64,000 nt of DNA from Amphiscolops sp. MND2022 (Eukaryota), in NCBI GenBank assembly GCA_964187785.1, contig OZ076413.1:61876001-61940000 (forward strand), read 5' to 3'. The notes beneath the pieces are model-generated. The model did no database searches, was not told the DNA's origin, and saw only the letters and a program-made list of their open reading frames with translations. Each line of letters begins with the position of its first letter. Position 1 is the first letter of the stretch. Shown in pieces: positions 36,791-48,416 of the stretch. The position numbers and the translations under genes are program-made.

Positions 36791-37838
36791 CCCGGGTTGA
36801 CCCTCTTACTAGCATCTTGGCTGTCTTGGCAAGATCTTGCCAAATTCTTACTACATCTTGGCAGCCATGGATCCCATGGCAAGATTCTTATTAAGATCTT
36901 ACTAAGATAATACTTATTCCAAGATCGTATCTTATCACGATGGACAAAATTTTAAGATTATTAAAAAACGCTATACCTTCGGTACAAGCAGCCGAGACTC
37001 AATCTAAAGGCTCATTTCACCCAACAACGACTATTTTTACTCGTTTTCATAATCAAAATGCTTAAACCTGCTGAAAAAATTTTGCATGCAAAAATGCGTG
37101 AAAAATTACGATAACGTAGTCTGGCTTCAGAAATTCTGACGAGAATCCTAATAATTCCTCGCCTGTTTAAGACTGAAAAATGCCGAATGTACCAAATGGA
37201 AGGTAATTTCAAGGGCTTTTCAAAACTTGTAATTTATCATTCCTGTCGATTCCAGAGACGGAGAAATATGCTCTCAAACGTCCAGATCCACTATCGGAAA
37301 GTTACAAAGGAAAGACCTTAAAATCCTGAAATTTTTCTAAAAATCATATTCCCAGCTTTCTTTGAACCTGTTTAGCAGCCTTATTACTGCTTAGAAACGG
37401 CGGTCATTTCTCTATTTTGGGTAATGATTCAGCTCAAGGCTTATCTGACGCCGTTGTTGGCGACAGTTTTGCAATTGAAAAAAAAATCGATATCGAAATG
37501 GTTGTAAAACTCATTCAGTAATTTTGTTTTGAGTGATGTCTAGATTATTTTTGCATAACTCTTAATTTAATGGTTTTCTGATTCTACTTTTTCTCGATAT
37601 CGAGAAGTTCGTAGCAATTTTTGTCTTGCCATATTCGGCTTCTTAGTTAGATTTTTCTTGCCATATTGGGCTTCTCAGTAAGATTTTTCTTGGAAACATG
37701 GCTCTCTTGATAAGATCTTACCATGGCATCTTGCAATTCTTGGCAATATCTTGTCACGATCTTAGCTAAGAATTTTCCAAGATCTTGGCAAGATCTTGCC
37801 AAGATCTTACTAAGATATCCATGGAGGGTCGACCCGGG
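36791..37838. mobile_element. Non-autonomous DNA transposon (CCC-ended, CMC/EnSpm-like MITE), copy 1
   Basis: TIR CCCGGGTTGACCCTC / GAGGGTCGACCCGGG (1 mismatch), TG 2-bp TSD, CAAGATCTTG subterminal arrays. Confidence 0.8.
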
Positions 37839-39061
37839 TGAGTTCTTGTTGGCTAAAAAGAGTCCAAGTTCTTGTTTCCACTTTTCAACTATTAAACCAG
37901 AACCGCATGTGCGGTGAAGCAGTTAGATTTAGACATTTTCCTTTTGACTCCGCTCGACTCCCAGTCATACTATTCTGAAACACTCCATAAAAGTTCATTC
38001 AAATCGTAAGAGTTTTTGGGAAAATTGAAAAAACTCCAAAAATGGCAGTTTTTTAAATCGCTTTTGGGCTAATTTTGGCTATGTTTCTCAAGTCCCAGCC
38101 ATACGACTCTGATGCCATTGCATAAATAGGACCCTTATATGGGGTAGAAAAAAAACATAGTCACGCATTTTTGATGAAGAAATCAACAGCTTCCTGTTTT
38201 AAGTCATCAATCGACACTTAATACGAACATGATTATAGTCAAAAAGCGTGAAAAATGTTTTGTTCAAGCAAAAAACTATTCCAATAGACGTGAACTTCCC
38301 AACTATCAAAGAAGGTTTTAGTTTTAATTAGGCTAGCCTAAAGATTTTAAGGACATTTACTTGCAAAAGTTTTGGCGGTGGGAGGGAAAGAGCCGCTCCA
38401 TCTGTGTTTCGTGAAAGAGGGCGGATAAGATCTACTGGAGAAAAAACTTAGTCACGGTAAGAGTCGTGTCTTTTCTACGAAAACGCCAACTAAAACACGT
38501 AATGCATTTTCGTTCTATGTGTATTATTGGAAAACACTTTCATTATAGTTCATTTTGAAAGATGCAAAACTTCAAAACTGACTAGATACCACCTCGCTAA
38601 CTCTGGTCTTCTTTTTCTTGGCAATATCTAACAAAATGGAAGATAACAAAATAAATTTTTATCGGAATAGACGTGATATCCAAAAATCGTTATTTCAATA
38701 AGGAAAAATACAGAAAAACGGAAGTGGTTAGACGCTAATTTTTGCTCTATGGGGACTATTTAGTGAAACAAAAGACAACAAAGTTCAAGAATATATCAAG
38801 GTTGTTGACCTAAAGTATCAAAAAATTGAAGGGCAGACCCCTCATTAAATGATTTGTTCCAAAAAGTTGTACTATGCTGAAATTATTCTAAATGAAAACA
38901 TCGAGAAAATAGAAGTGAAAACCCTAATGTAACAACAAAAATTGTTTGTTCTCGTCTCACTCAATAGAATGGAAAATAGTGACTTGGAAGATAGTTTGAA
39001 TGCACTCCTTTTGAAAAATAAAGATTATAAAACACGTGCAAAAATCTGCAAACGTACTTAC

Positions 39062-39099
39062 ATCCCATTTGAAATCTCCTTGATCGGCAGTTTCAACAG
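39062..39099 (-). CDS. Duplicate of FN3 exon 2 (copy 2)
   Basis: Same sequence and splice sites as 36314-36351, offset 2748. Confidence 0.55.
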
Positions 39100-39248
39100 C
39101 TAGACAATGTTGAGCTCTCTTTGTAAAGAAACAATGCAATTGAATCAAATACTGGCAAAAGTGAAAAACTCAGTGAAAAACAGCTGTCAACTTGAGCATG
39201 ATGTCTTGATATCTCTGAATTTCAGTTTTGAGCTGAATCATAGTTCAC

Positions 39249-39290
39249 CAATCAACAAAGATCCGAAAAGATTATCACTTTCTGCTTCAA
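39249..39290 (-). CDS. Duplicate of FN3 exon 1 (copy 2)
   Basis: Offset 2748 from 36501-36542; acceptor here reads acttccag. Confidence 0.5.
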
Positions 39291-39538
39291 CTGGAAGTGT
39301 CATGCGAATATGACATGTATGGAAGCAATTTGACCAGAGGCTGGATCATACGTACCCCGGCCAAAATCTGGCCATAAACCCAGGATATTTTTTACGAGTG
39401 TTGAAAGGTGCCTAGAATCATCCGAAGGAGAAACACGTAGCAGACTTGGAGTGTGACGTTAGAGTTTCTATTCACTTCTGAAAAATCATGTAAATCTATG
39501 AGTCATCGCCAGTTATTTTTTTCTTGTTAAAAAGGTTG

Positions 39539-40586
39539 CCCGGGTTGACCCTCTTACTAGCATCTTGGCTGTCTTGGCAAGATCTTGCCAAATTCTTACT
39601 ACATCTTGGCAGCCATGGATCCCATGGCAAGATTCTTATTAAGATCTTACTAAGATAATACTTATTCCAAGATCGTATCTTATCACGATGGACAAAATTT
39701 TAAGATTATTAAAAAACGCTATACCTTCGGTACAAGCAGCCGAGACTCAATCTAAAGGCTCATTTCACCCAACAACGACTATTTTTACTCGTTTTCATAA
39801 TCAAAATGCTTAAACCTGCTGAAAAAATTTTGCATGCAAAAATGCGTGAAAAATTACGATAACGTAGTCTGGCTTCAGAAATTCTGACGAGAATCCTAAT
39901 AATTCCTCACCTGTTTAAGACTGAAAAATGCCGAATGTACCAAATGGAAGGTAATTTCAAGGGCTTTTCAAAACTTGTAATTTATCATTCCTGTCGATTC
40001 CAGAGACGGAGAAATATGCTCTCAAACGTCCAGATCCACTATCGGAAAGTTACAAAGGAAAGACCTTAAAATCCTGAAATTTTTGTAAAAATCATATTCC
40101 CAGCTTTCTTTGAACCTGTTTAGCAGCCTTATTACTGCTTAGAAACGGCGGTCATTTCTCTATTTTGGGTAATGATTCAGCTCAAGGCTTATCTGACGCC
40201 GTTGTTGGCGACAGTTTTGCAATTGAAAAAAAAATCGATATCGAAATGGTTGTAAAACTCATTCAGTAATTTTGTTTTGAGTGATGTCCAGATTATTTTT
40301 GCATAACTCTTAATTTAATGGTTTTCTGATTCTACTTTTTCTCGATATCGAGAAGTTCGTAGCAATTTTTGTCTTGCCATATTCGGCTTCTTAGTTAGAT
40401 TTTTCTTGCCATATTGGGCTTCTCAGTAAGATTTTTCTTGGAAACATGGCTCTCTTGATAAGATCTTACCATGGCATCTTGCAATTCTTGGCAATATCTT
40501 GTCACGATCTTAGCTAAGAATTTTCCAAGATCTTGGCAAGATCTTGCCATGATCTTACTAAGATATCCATGGAGGGTCGACCCGGG
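39539..40586. mobile_element. CCC-ended MITE, copy 2 (duplicated with the tandem unit)
   Basis: Same TIRs and TG TSD as 36791-37838. Confidence 0.8.
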
Positions 40587-41249
40587 TGAGTTCTTGTTGG
40601 CTAAAAAGAGTCCAAGTTCTTGTTTCCACTTTTCAACTATTAAACCAGAACCGCATGTGCGGTGAAGCAGTTAGATTTAGACATTTTCCTTTTGACTCCG
40701 CTCGACTCCCAGTCATACTATTCTGAAACACTCCATAAAAGTTCATTCAAATCGTAAGAGTTTTTGGGAAAATTGAAAAAACTCCAAAAATGGCAGTTTT
40801 TTAAATCGCTTTTGGGCTAATTTTGGCTATGTTTCTCAAGTCCCAGCCATACGACTCTGATGCCATTGCATAAATAGGACCCTTATATGGGGTAGAAAAA
40901 AAGAACGATTGCATTAGCAGTCGAACAGTTCTCCGACTCCTAAAAACAGTCAGCCGTGTTCAATCAAAAACAAATGGGAAAAACCACAGAGGAATAACGA
41001 GAGCTCAACCAGGCGCAGAAGGGGCAGTCCATGTAAGTTGGATTTTGGTGATGCCATCCTGCAGGTCGCTGAGAGCCGCCACGGTTGGATCTGCTGGTTT
41101 ATTGGGAGCTGAAACGAGGGGAAAATAAAAATAAAATTGAATTTTGCTGTGGTTTTCCCAAAAACTTCGCTCGTATTCGGAGTAGACGAGATTTGTTGGA
41201 CCATGTGTTCAATTCACCCACGCCGGATACACCTTGTTGGGAATTCCCC

Positions 41250-42790
41250 CATATTTCACTAATTAGAGAATATAATATGAATGTAAATAATTAGAGGATT
41301 GTCTCTACAACTGTTTTGACACTTCAGGCAAAAAATTACCGTAATTTTTTGATATTATTGTCGATAATAGCAAAAATTCACGCTTGGAACAATATAAAAT
41401 AGTATAAAAAGGACCCTATTTCAATTTTGTCTGCTATAAAATCTAATAATGAGTCACTTTTAACTGACAGTCAATGGAATGGACAGGATTATGTGAAGGG
41501 GGAATTGAACACATTGTCCGATTTGTTTTTACAGAGAATGTGGAAAATTGAAGTGTGTGAACGTTTCAGATAATATTGCAATTTTTTTCCCAACCAAACT
41601 GACCACGCCGATTTCCTTATTAAAGCTTATTGCAGTGAAGCCAGTTCATAGACTTGCGGATTCTAGTGACAGAAAGTTTTAAACCAAACGAGTCTCCTAA
41701 AAGAGCTCCACATTAGACCTTGATTACGTACGAAGACATTGCAACTCATAACTTGACTGAACCCTCAGTTCACAACTTGAAAAACTATCATTCTTCAAAC
41801 CTAAACTTTTCATGAGAGCAGTCTTGGTTTCTCAGGAAACATTGTGCTGTATTCGAGAGCAAATAAATATAAAATTTTCAAGTATGGATACAAACTTGGA
41901 TACCTATTGATTAAATACCACAGAATTCGCAAAATTTTAAAGACCGCAAAATTAACGGTATCAAATGTTGCTCTTCATAAGATTACATTGTTTTCAGGGA
42001 CCTTTGACTAGCGGGAACAACTTCATGCCTCGACATTTTACATCTAGTGGCTCACCATTTCGTGCAACGTTTATGGATTTAAAAAACATCAACTTAGCTA
42101 TGATTAATGTGTTCGTTTTTGGCACCAACAGTACATCATTTGAAGTTGAAGGAAAAGAAAACTAACATTCAAATGAAAGATTAAACATTTGGAGGTCAAA
42201 CAACTAACATTCATGTGAAACTAAAAGGAAAATCAGCTGAAATACTCCACTTTTCTTTCATCCTTGCTGTAGAAGTTGTTTTTCAATCGAATTATCTAGT
42301 TACCACAGACATGACTCCAAAATCTCAACCTTTGCGAAGACACGAACATTCGCAGCATTTTTGGGCGGAGAATAAGACATTATTAAAGTCGCAAATATAC
42401 TGAATATATATTCTAGCACTGACTACACCGTTATTTGCGATCAAACTGTCGGACGTCAAGGAGGTGAGCAATATCATACGTTCGACAAAGAGATGAAAGA
42501 AAAAGATTGGTAGAGAAAACCCGTTGATTACTCTCACTCTAAATATCTGAATGAAAGAAGGCGAAAGACGCGCTCGTAGGAAATATAAAAACCTCAACCA
42601 ATAGTCGCGACAATACGCTGACATACCAGCTGACGGAAATAGTACAGATGTGAAAGTTGTCAGATTTAAGCACGCGAAATGGCTGACTAGTCCGAATGTG
42701 GTCAACACATGCAAATTATACACTAACGAGTTTGGGATTAATTTTCAAACGAAGTTGAATCAAGCCCGCAGAATTAGAGGAACAAGATCC
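41250..42790 (+). mobile_element. Very old BEL/Pao-like remnant
   Basis: Fragmentary translations KLP*FFDIIVDNSKNSRLEQ (gag-like) and FGGQTTNIHVKL (protease-like); many stops; boundaries approximate. Confidence 0.35.
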
Positions 42791-42800
42791 ATTGAGCCCA

Positions 42801-45800
42801 TGTAATGGAGAAGTCAATGACTCACTACAACTACAACTTTGCATTACGACTTTTCATTCACAAGACTGACCCAATAATTGGTTTTTCAACAATCACCACC
42901 TAAAGTCGACTCAAGCAAAGACTCAAAATTAAAGTTCATAAACTTACATTCTTGACAAGTCCTATAATCTTAAAAAAGCGAAAAAGTACCCATACAACTT
43001 TATCATGGCGCCCAACTTCTCCAGCAACTGAATCTACACTTTGCCAAACAAAAGGACAAAAAGCCCCTTATTTTACCTTGCTAAACAAAATTAAAAGCAC
43101 ATTTCTTGCAATTTCCTAATTTTACAGTTTCTCACATAAGAATCTTAAGTTCTTTAGCTTGCCTATTTTCTAAACTTCACCCTAGCCTGAACTTAGCCCT
43201 GGATCTTACTATCACTAGATTTTCTAGCATGTCTAGTTACTCAACTTCACTGAAGTCTAAGTTTAGGTTATCAGATCTTTGAGCTCAGGTTTTCTAGTGT
43301 GCCTATTTTTGACATTTCATACTGCTTTAAATATAGTTCCTTGTTTTATTTGTTAGATTTGTTTGCTTTGCTGTTTACAATTCACATAGTTTAATTAGTT
43401 GGCCCTTGTTTTCTCTGCTGCGCTGTTTTCTGAGTTTAGGTTCATCGGCCATGCTAATCCAACAATCAAAGCCCTCCAACAGTCGAAGAAATTATGTTTT
43501 CGGTAAAATTCGGCGTCTAAACAAAGCAATCTTTACTGCAGTCGAAGAAAACATCATGGTTTTGAACTCCAACAAGCTCAACGCAGTTAGAAAGATCATT
43601 TTGCCGAAGCTGAACAGATGACAATGTATCGTGATGATCATTTGCCAGAAGACATCTTTGAGAATTTGTTGATTAATAGTTTACTGATCCACAAGACAAA
43701 ATCGATGACACAGTCAAAAAATTCATACAAGTGGTCAAAGAAACGAATTAACCCATTGATCCAGTAGAAACTTCACAGATACAACCATCTTCTAGCCATA
43801 ATCAACCTACAAGTCACGACAATTAACCTTCTACAAGTGCATTGCCACATCTTCCCGATTCGTTGGGAGACAAACTCACCCATCAGAATACATCATCTTC
43901 ACAGCAACCTCCTATATCAAATTCAGCGCAAATTTCAACATTACGAATGTCACGACCAAAGATAAAAATTGACCCATTCACAGGAGATCCCATGAAATTG
44001 AGCACGTGGCGTGGACTCTTCACCACTACGGTTGACAAACAACCACTGTCAGTAGCCGAGAAAATGACGCACCTACAAATACAGACCAGTCTTGGAGCAT
44101 CTCAGCCCACACCAGCACTGTCTCATACAAAATAAACTTCGTTCTCATCTATACACGTTACCTTAGAATTCAACAATTAGTTTGTCAGCGCCTACGCCTT
44201 TTTGGACATGGGGAGTAGTTGCAGTTACCTCCAGAAAGATATGGCAGAACAACTTCAAGTGCCCTTTCATCAGAAATTAGAAAAACTTCTAATTGGAGGT
44301 TTCCACCAAAGCCTTCAAATTCCTGTCCACCCTGTAAACATCAAAGATCTTCCATTTTGAAACAACAACGAAGATTTCAACAACCTTGCTAACATTTTTG
44401 TTGTGGATCATCTCAATCTCAATTCTGTTGAACCACAAGCACTCAACTCAATTTGTCAACAATACTCTGGTTTACAGCACACCCGTCATGTTCTTCAGCA
44501 AACCTTTTGATAACACTTGCTCGTTCCGCCGTTCGTCGCATCATAACGCATTACTACGACTGCCGCCGTCAACATGCCTATGGCACACAACCACAAGTGT
44601 CCGTACTCCCGGATTTTCGTTTTCCCGCCGACAGACTGTTTCCGTTCCATGCTACGTTTTGGCCCTGTTCCATCTAAAACATCTGATGAGTACCACAAAC
44701 ACTACTCTTTGATTTTCACATGCCTCACAACTCGCGCCCTCTACCTCAAAATGTGCTCAGACGTTTCAACAGCTGCCATCATTAACGCTTTACGCCGTTT
44801 TTTCGCTCGATGTGGAACCCCTGTACTTCTCGTATCAAACAACGCAACAAATTTCTACCGCCGACAAAGATTTACTACTCATCTTCCAAGAGTTCACCAC
44901 TTCAGGACTTCCTGGCAAACAAGGAAATCAAACGGAAGTTTAATCCACCACACGCAGCTCACTTCGGTGGACTATGGAAGCGGTCTGATATACCGCCTCA
45001 CATATTCTCCCATATACCGCCTCTCCTTATACGGGCTTGCATAGACGCTAGAAGTGTTCTGAACAACCGACCAATAACTGACGTCCCTACTGACTTCAAC
45101 AACACAGATGCTCTCACAACGAACCATTTCTTGGTCCGGAGAGCACACATCAATGTGCCACCTGGACATTACGACAACAAATGAGTCACTTACAGCAGAA
45201 GATGGAAGTACGCACAACCAATTGCTGATTCTGTTTGGAAGCGCTTGATCAAGGAATACCTGCCCAGATAAAAATGGCTCAAGCGCACAGCATTTTTGAA
45301 AGTTATCCAAACAGTTTGGATCCTAAATGATCTCACACCGAGAGGTCTTTGGCTAATTGGAGGAATCTCAGCTATCAAGAGCAGCCACGTCAATACGATG
45401 TCACGACAAAAACAGGAACTTTCAAAATTCCAGCTATTCGCCTGGCACCAGTAGAAGCCGAAGAATGCCTACACCACGACGACGACTCCGACAAAGATGA
45501 AAGGAAGAGGAAGCAAAAATCTTTACACAATGACAAGAACACCACCCAGCAACTGGATACTACAACAAACAGAATAGCAAAGGCAGCTTTTGTCTGAACA
45601 CTTCAACTCTTCATTTTCAACTTATTCTTAATGTTTGAACGCAACAGAACCCCCACTAGGACATAGGACATAGGCCTAATTATTCACCAGGGTAGAATGG
45701 GACTGGTTGTAATGGAGAAGTCAATGACTCACGACAACTACAACTTTGCGTTACGACTTTTCATTCACATGACTGACTCAATGATTGTTTTTTCAACAAT

Positions 45801-45920
45801 CAACGCCTAAAGTTGACTCAAGCAAAGACTCAAAAGTAAAGTTCATAAACTTACATTCTTGACAAGTCCTATAATCCTATTAAGGAAAGAAAGCGAAAAA
45901 ATACCCCTACAAATTTAACA
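42801..45920 (+). mobile_element. Internally deleted BEL/Pao element with both LTRs (42801-43005, 45708-45920)
   Basis: TG...CA LTR pair; PBS TGGCGCCCAAC at 43006 (tRNA-Lys type); purine tract before the 3' LTR; gag PKIKIDPFTGDPMKLSTW, protease DMGSSCSYL, integrase FNPPHAAHFGGLWKR and LNNRPITDV; no RT or RNase H; no matching TSD. Confidence 0.85.
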
Positions 45921-48416
45921 ACACATCTGTCGCACCGTGCCATTCCAACGGGGATACAAAGTGACTGTATATTTGAGAATCGCAACAGAGAATGAAATCG
46001 TGTAATATCTGATATACAGAGGAAGAATGGTTATGTCCTGATATCATGAATGTATTAGAGTTTGATGTAGGACCCTATTAGCGGAAATTGAATCAGGTAT
46101 CTCATACTTGATAAGGCTCCAGCCCATTGTAGATGGAATCACGAAAAAGGATCCGTTTCGTTTTAAGCACTTGCCCAAAGAAAGACTTTTCTGAAAAACT
46201 CTCGAAATGCTCTCTCATAATGGAAAAGCGAGTTTAAAATTCAGCTCTCGTCAAGGCAAAGCCTTTGATTCATCGAAAAGACATTCGGAGAAAGAACACC
46301 CCTCAATCATCATCCTTTCAAATGCTCTCTGAGATATTGGAATCAACGAAACTGGTGGTTTTTGGTTTGAAAAAATACAGAGCATGGGAGCAATATGTAC
46401 TTTCGTACTTGCCAGCATGCCAGGCTCAGGCATGATGGCTAGCAGGCTTTTTTGCAGTTTAATTGTTGACTTATGTGTATGTTCAGAGTTGAGCTTCTGT
46501 TTAATATCACAAAATTGTTTTACCTTCCAGTTGATTGCAAAATCGCTTCATTCCTCAAACTAACAGTTCCTTGAGATGTCATTCATTATACTCGAAATCA
46601 AAATTAAAGAATACAATATTGTGGATCTTTGACTGTTCTAATAATTTGTCGCGAATTTCGGTGAAGGGAAAAACGATAGTCTCAAAGTTTGGAGACATGG
46701 TCGCCTGTATATAAAATGTCTTCAATATCATAAGTGCACAGAAGTTTTACATGGAACACTGAGGAATTAAATATAACGCAAGAAGAATTTCGATAATTTT
46801 TCTACGATTATCAAAGTTTTCAAATTGTCAACCACGAAAACTTTTTCGTCTCGATGTATCATAATGTCAAATGAGGGAGGATGTGATGATTTTTTCGACA
46901 AAATTTGCAGTACTTATACTCTAGTTTGTTGGTTTTCTCTTGACTAGAGAAAGGATTCAAACGTTCCAGTTTTCAAAAACTATTAACTCGGAAACTAGAG
47001 GTCCCATGGAGCCAGATGGTCCTTCTTGGCAACTTTTCTAACTTCCATTGAACATCAAGTCCACATCAGATACAAACAGTTGTCTCTGGGTTTTCCTGGA
47101 TTGTGGTCATTTTTGTTACTTCTGGATTTCATTTTCAAATTCTTCTAATAAGCACCCTGAGAAGTTTCACAAAATTTTCCACAGTCTGCATTCTTGATTC
47201 AACATGAGATTGAACATCGATTTCCTGGTCTCGTGACGAAATGAGTCTATTTGCCAAAAATGGGAGCGGGACAAAACAGCCCATTTCAAAACGAGATGAG
47301 ACAGCCGATATTGAGAATGGTACAAAATATCCGGTTTTTTCTTCACACATTGAGTGAGCGTATTATTCAGAGATTATTAGAACAAAAAGAATATTTGGTA
47401 CGAAATTACAACAGCAACGTGTTGAAAGAAATCACCAATTCAGAATGTTGTTAAGTGGGAGATTTCAACTTCGAAAACAACCACTTTTCGAAACTCCTCA
47501 CTCAGGTAAATTGCCTACATGCAAATCAGTCAGCCGATATGCAAAATCGCTTATTTTGTCCTGTATTAGAAATCGCTTCTAAGAATGAGCCAAATACTCC
47601 AGTGTAAGAGTGACTGTTTTGCATCGCATTCGTTAAAGATCCGTTAAAAATGAGAAACGTGCCAAAGAACGTGATTTGTTATCTACTGTCGAAATGTTAT
47701 AAACGAAACGCTAACAAGCCGTGATGGCCCAAAGTTTTCCCTAGTTCGAAACATCAAAACACAATTTTTTGGCAATCGTTGAAACTTTTCTCTTTGATAA
47801 AGTCTAATGAAGCGGGCCAAATGCGAAAGAAACGTTTTTTAAAAATTAAGGGGGTATCATCTGACCAAAAGAATTTTTTCCAAAAATATCGGTTTTCCCA
47901 CATATATTGAGAAAATTTCACAATCCGACAGGACATGACAAAATAACCAAAGATGTCACCCTAAAGGATTGGAAAACTGTTTCCTGAACAGAAAACCTGA
48001 AAGAACATGAGTTGAAAAAGTTCTCAACATCCTTTTGTTTTTCCTGTTTGAAAAATGTTTCTTCAAAATGAAAGTCTTCGATAAGTCGCATAGTGCGAAA
48101 AACCAAAGGAGGGAACCTTCGGCATTTCATCCAGCTTTGCAAGCATACAAAACTAGGTTTAGTGCGGGTCTCGATTCCACGTACTCCTACTTCCCAGGCC
48201 GACACAAGGTCTAAAAATTTGCCACTCGTCAAAACGCCATTTAACGTAACTTCACCCTCTGGCACAGTAGCTAACAACATTTCGACAACCCCGAAAAAAC
48301 CGATGTGACAGAAACTGACGTGGACACCCAAGATGACGTAGACAGTGAGCATATTTGCTCAAAGTACCTGACTCCCCAGATTGAAGAGAGCCGACAACAC
48401 AAATGCGCACAGAGAT

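Larger units (their letters stand above)
35405..40902. repeat. Head-to-tail tandem duplication, 2748-bp unit, two near-identical copies
   Basis: AGTCACGCATTTTTGATG at 35411 and 38159; GGGGTAGAAA at 38141 and 40889; about ten substitutions seen by eye; A-run microhomology at the junction. Confidence 0.95.

Noticed and set aside
42796-45925. Target-site duplication for the two-LTR BEL element
   Set aside because: The flanks GCCCA and ACACA do not match; the minus-strand BEL also shows no TSD.
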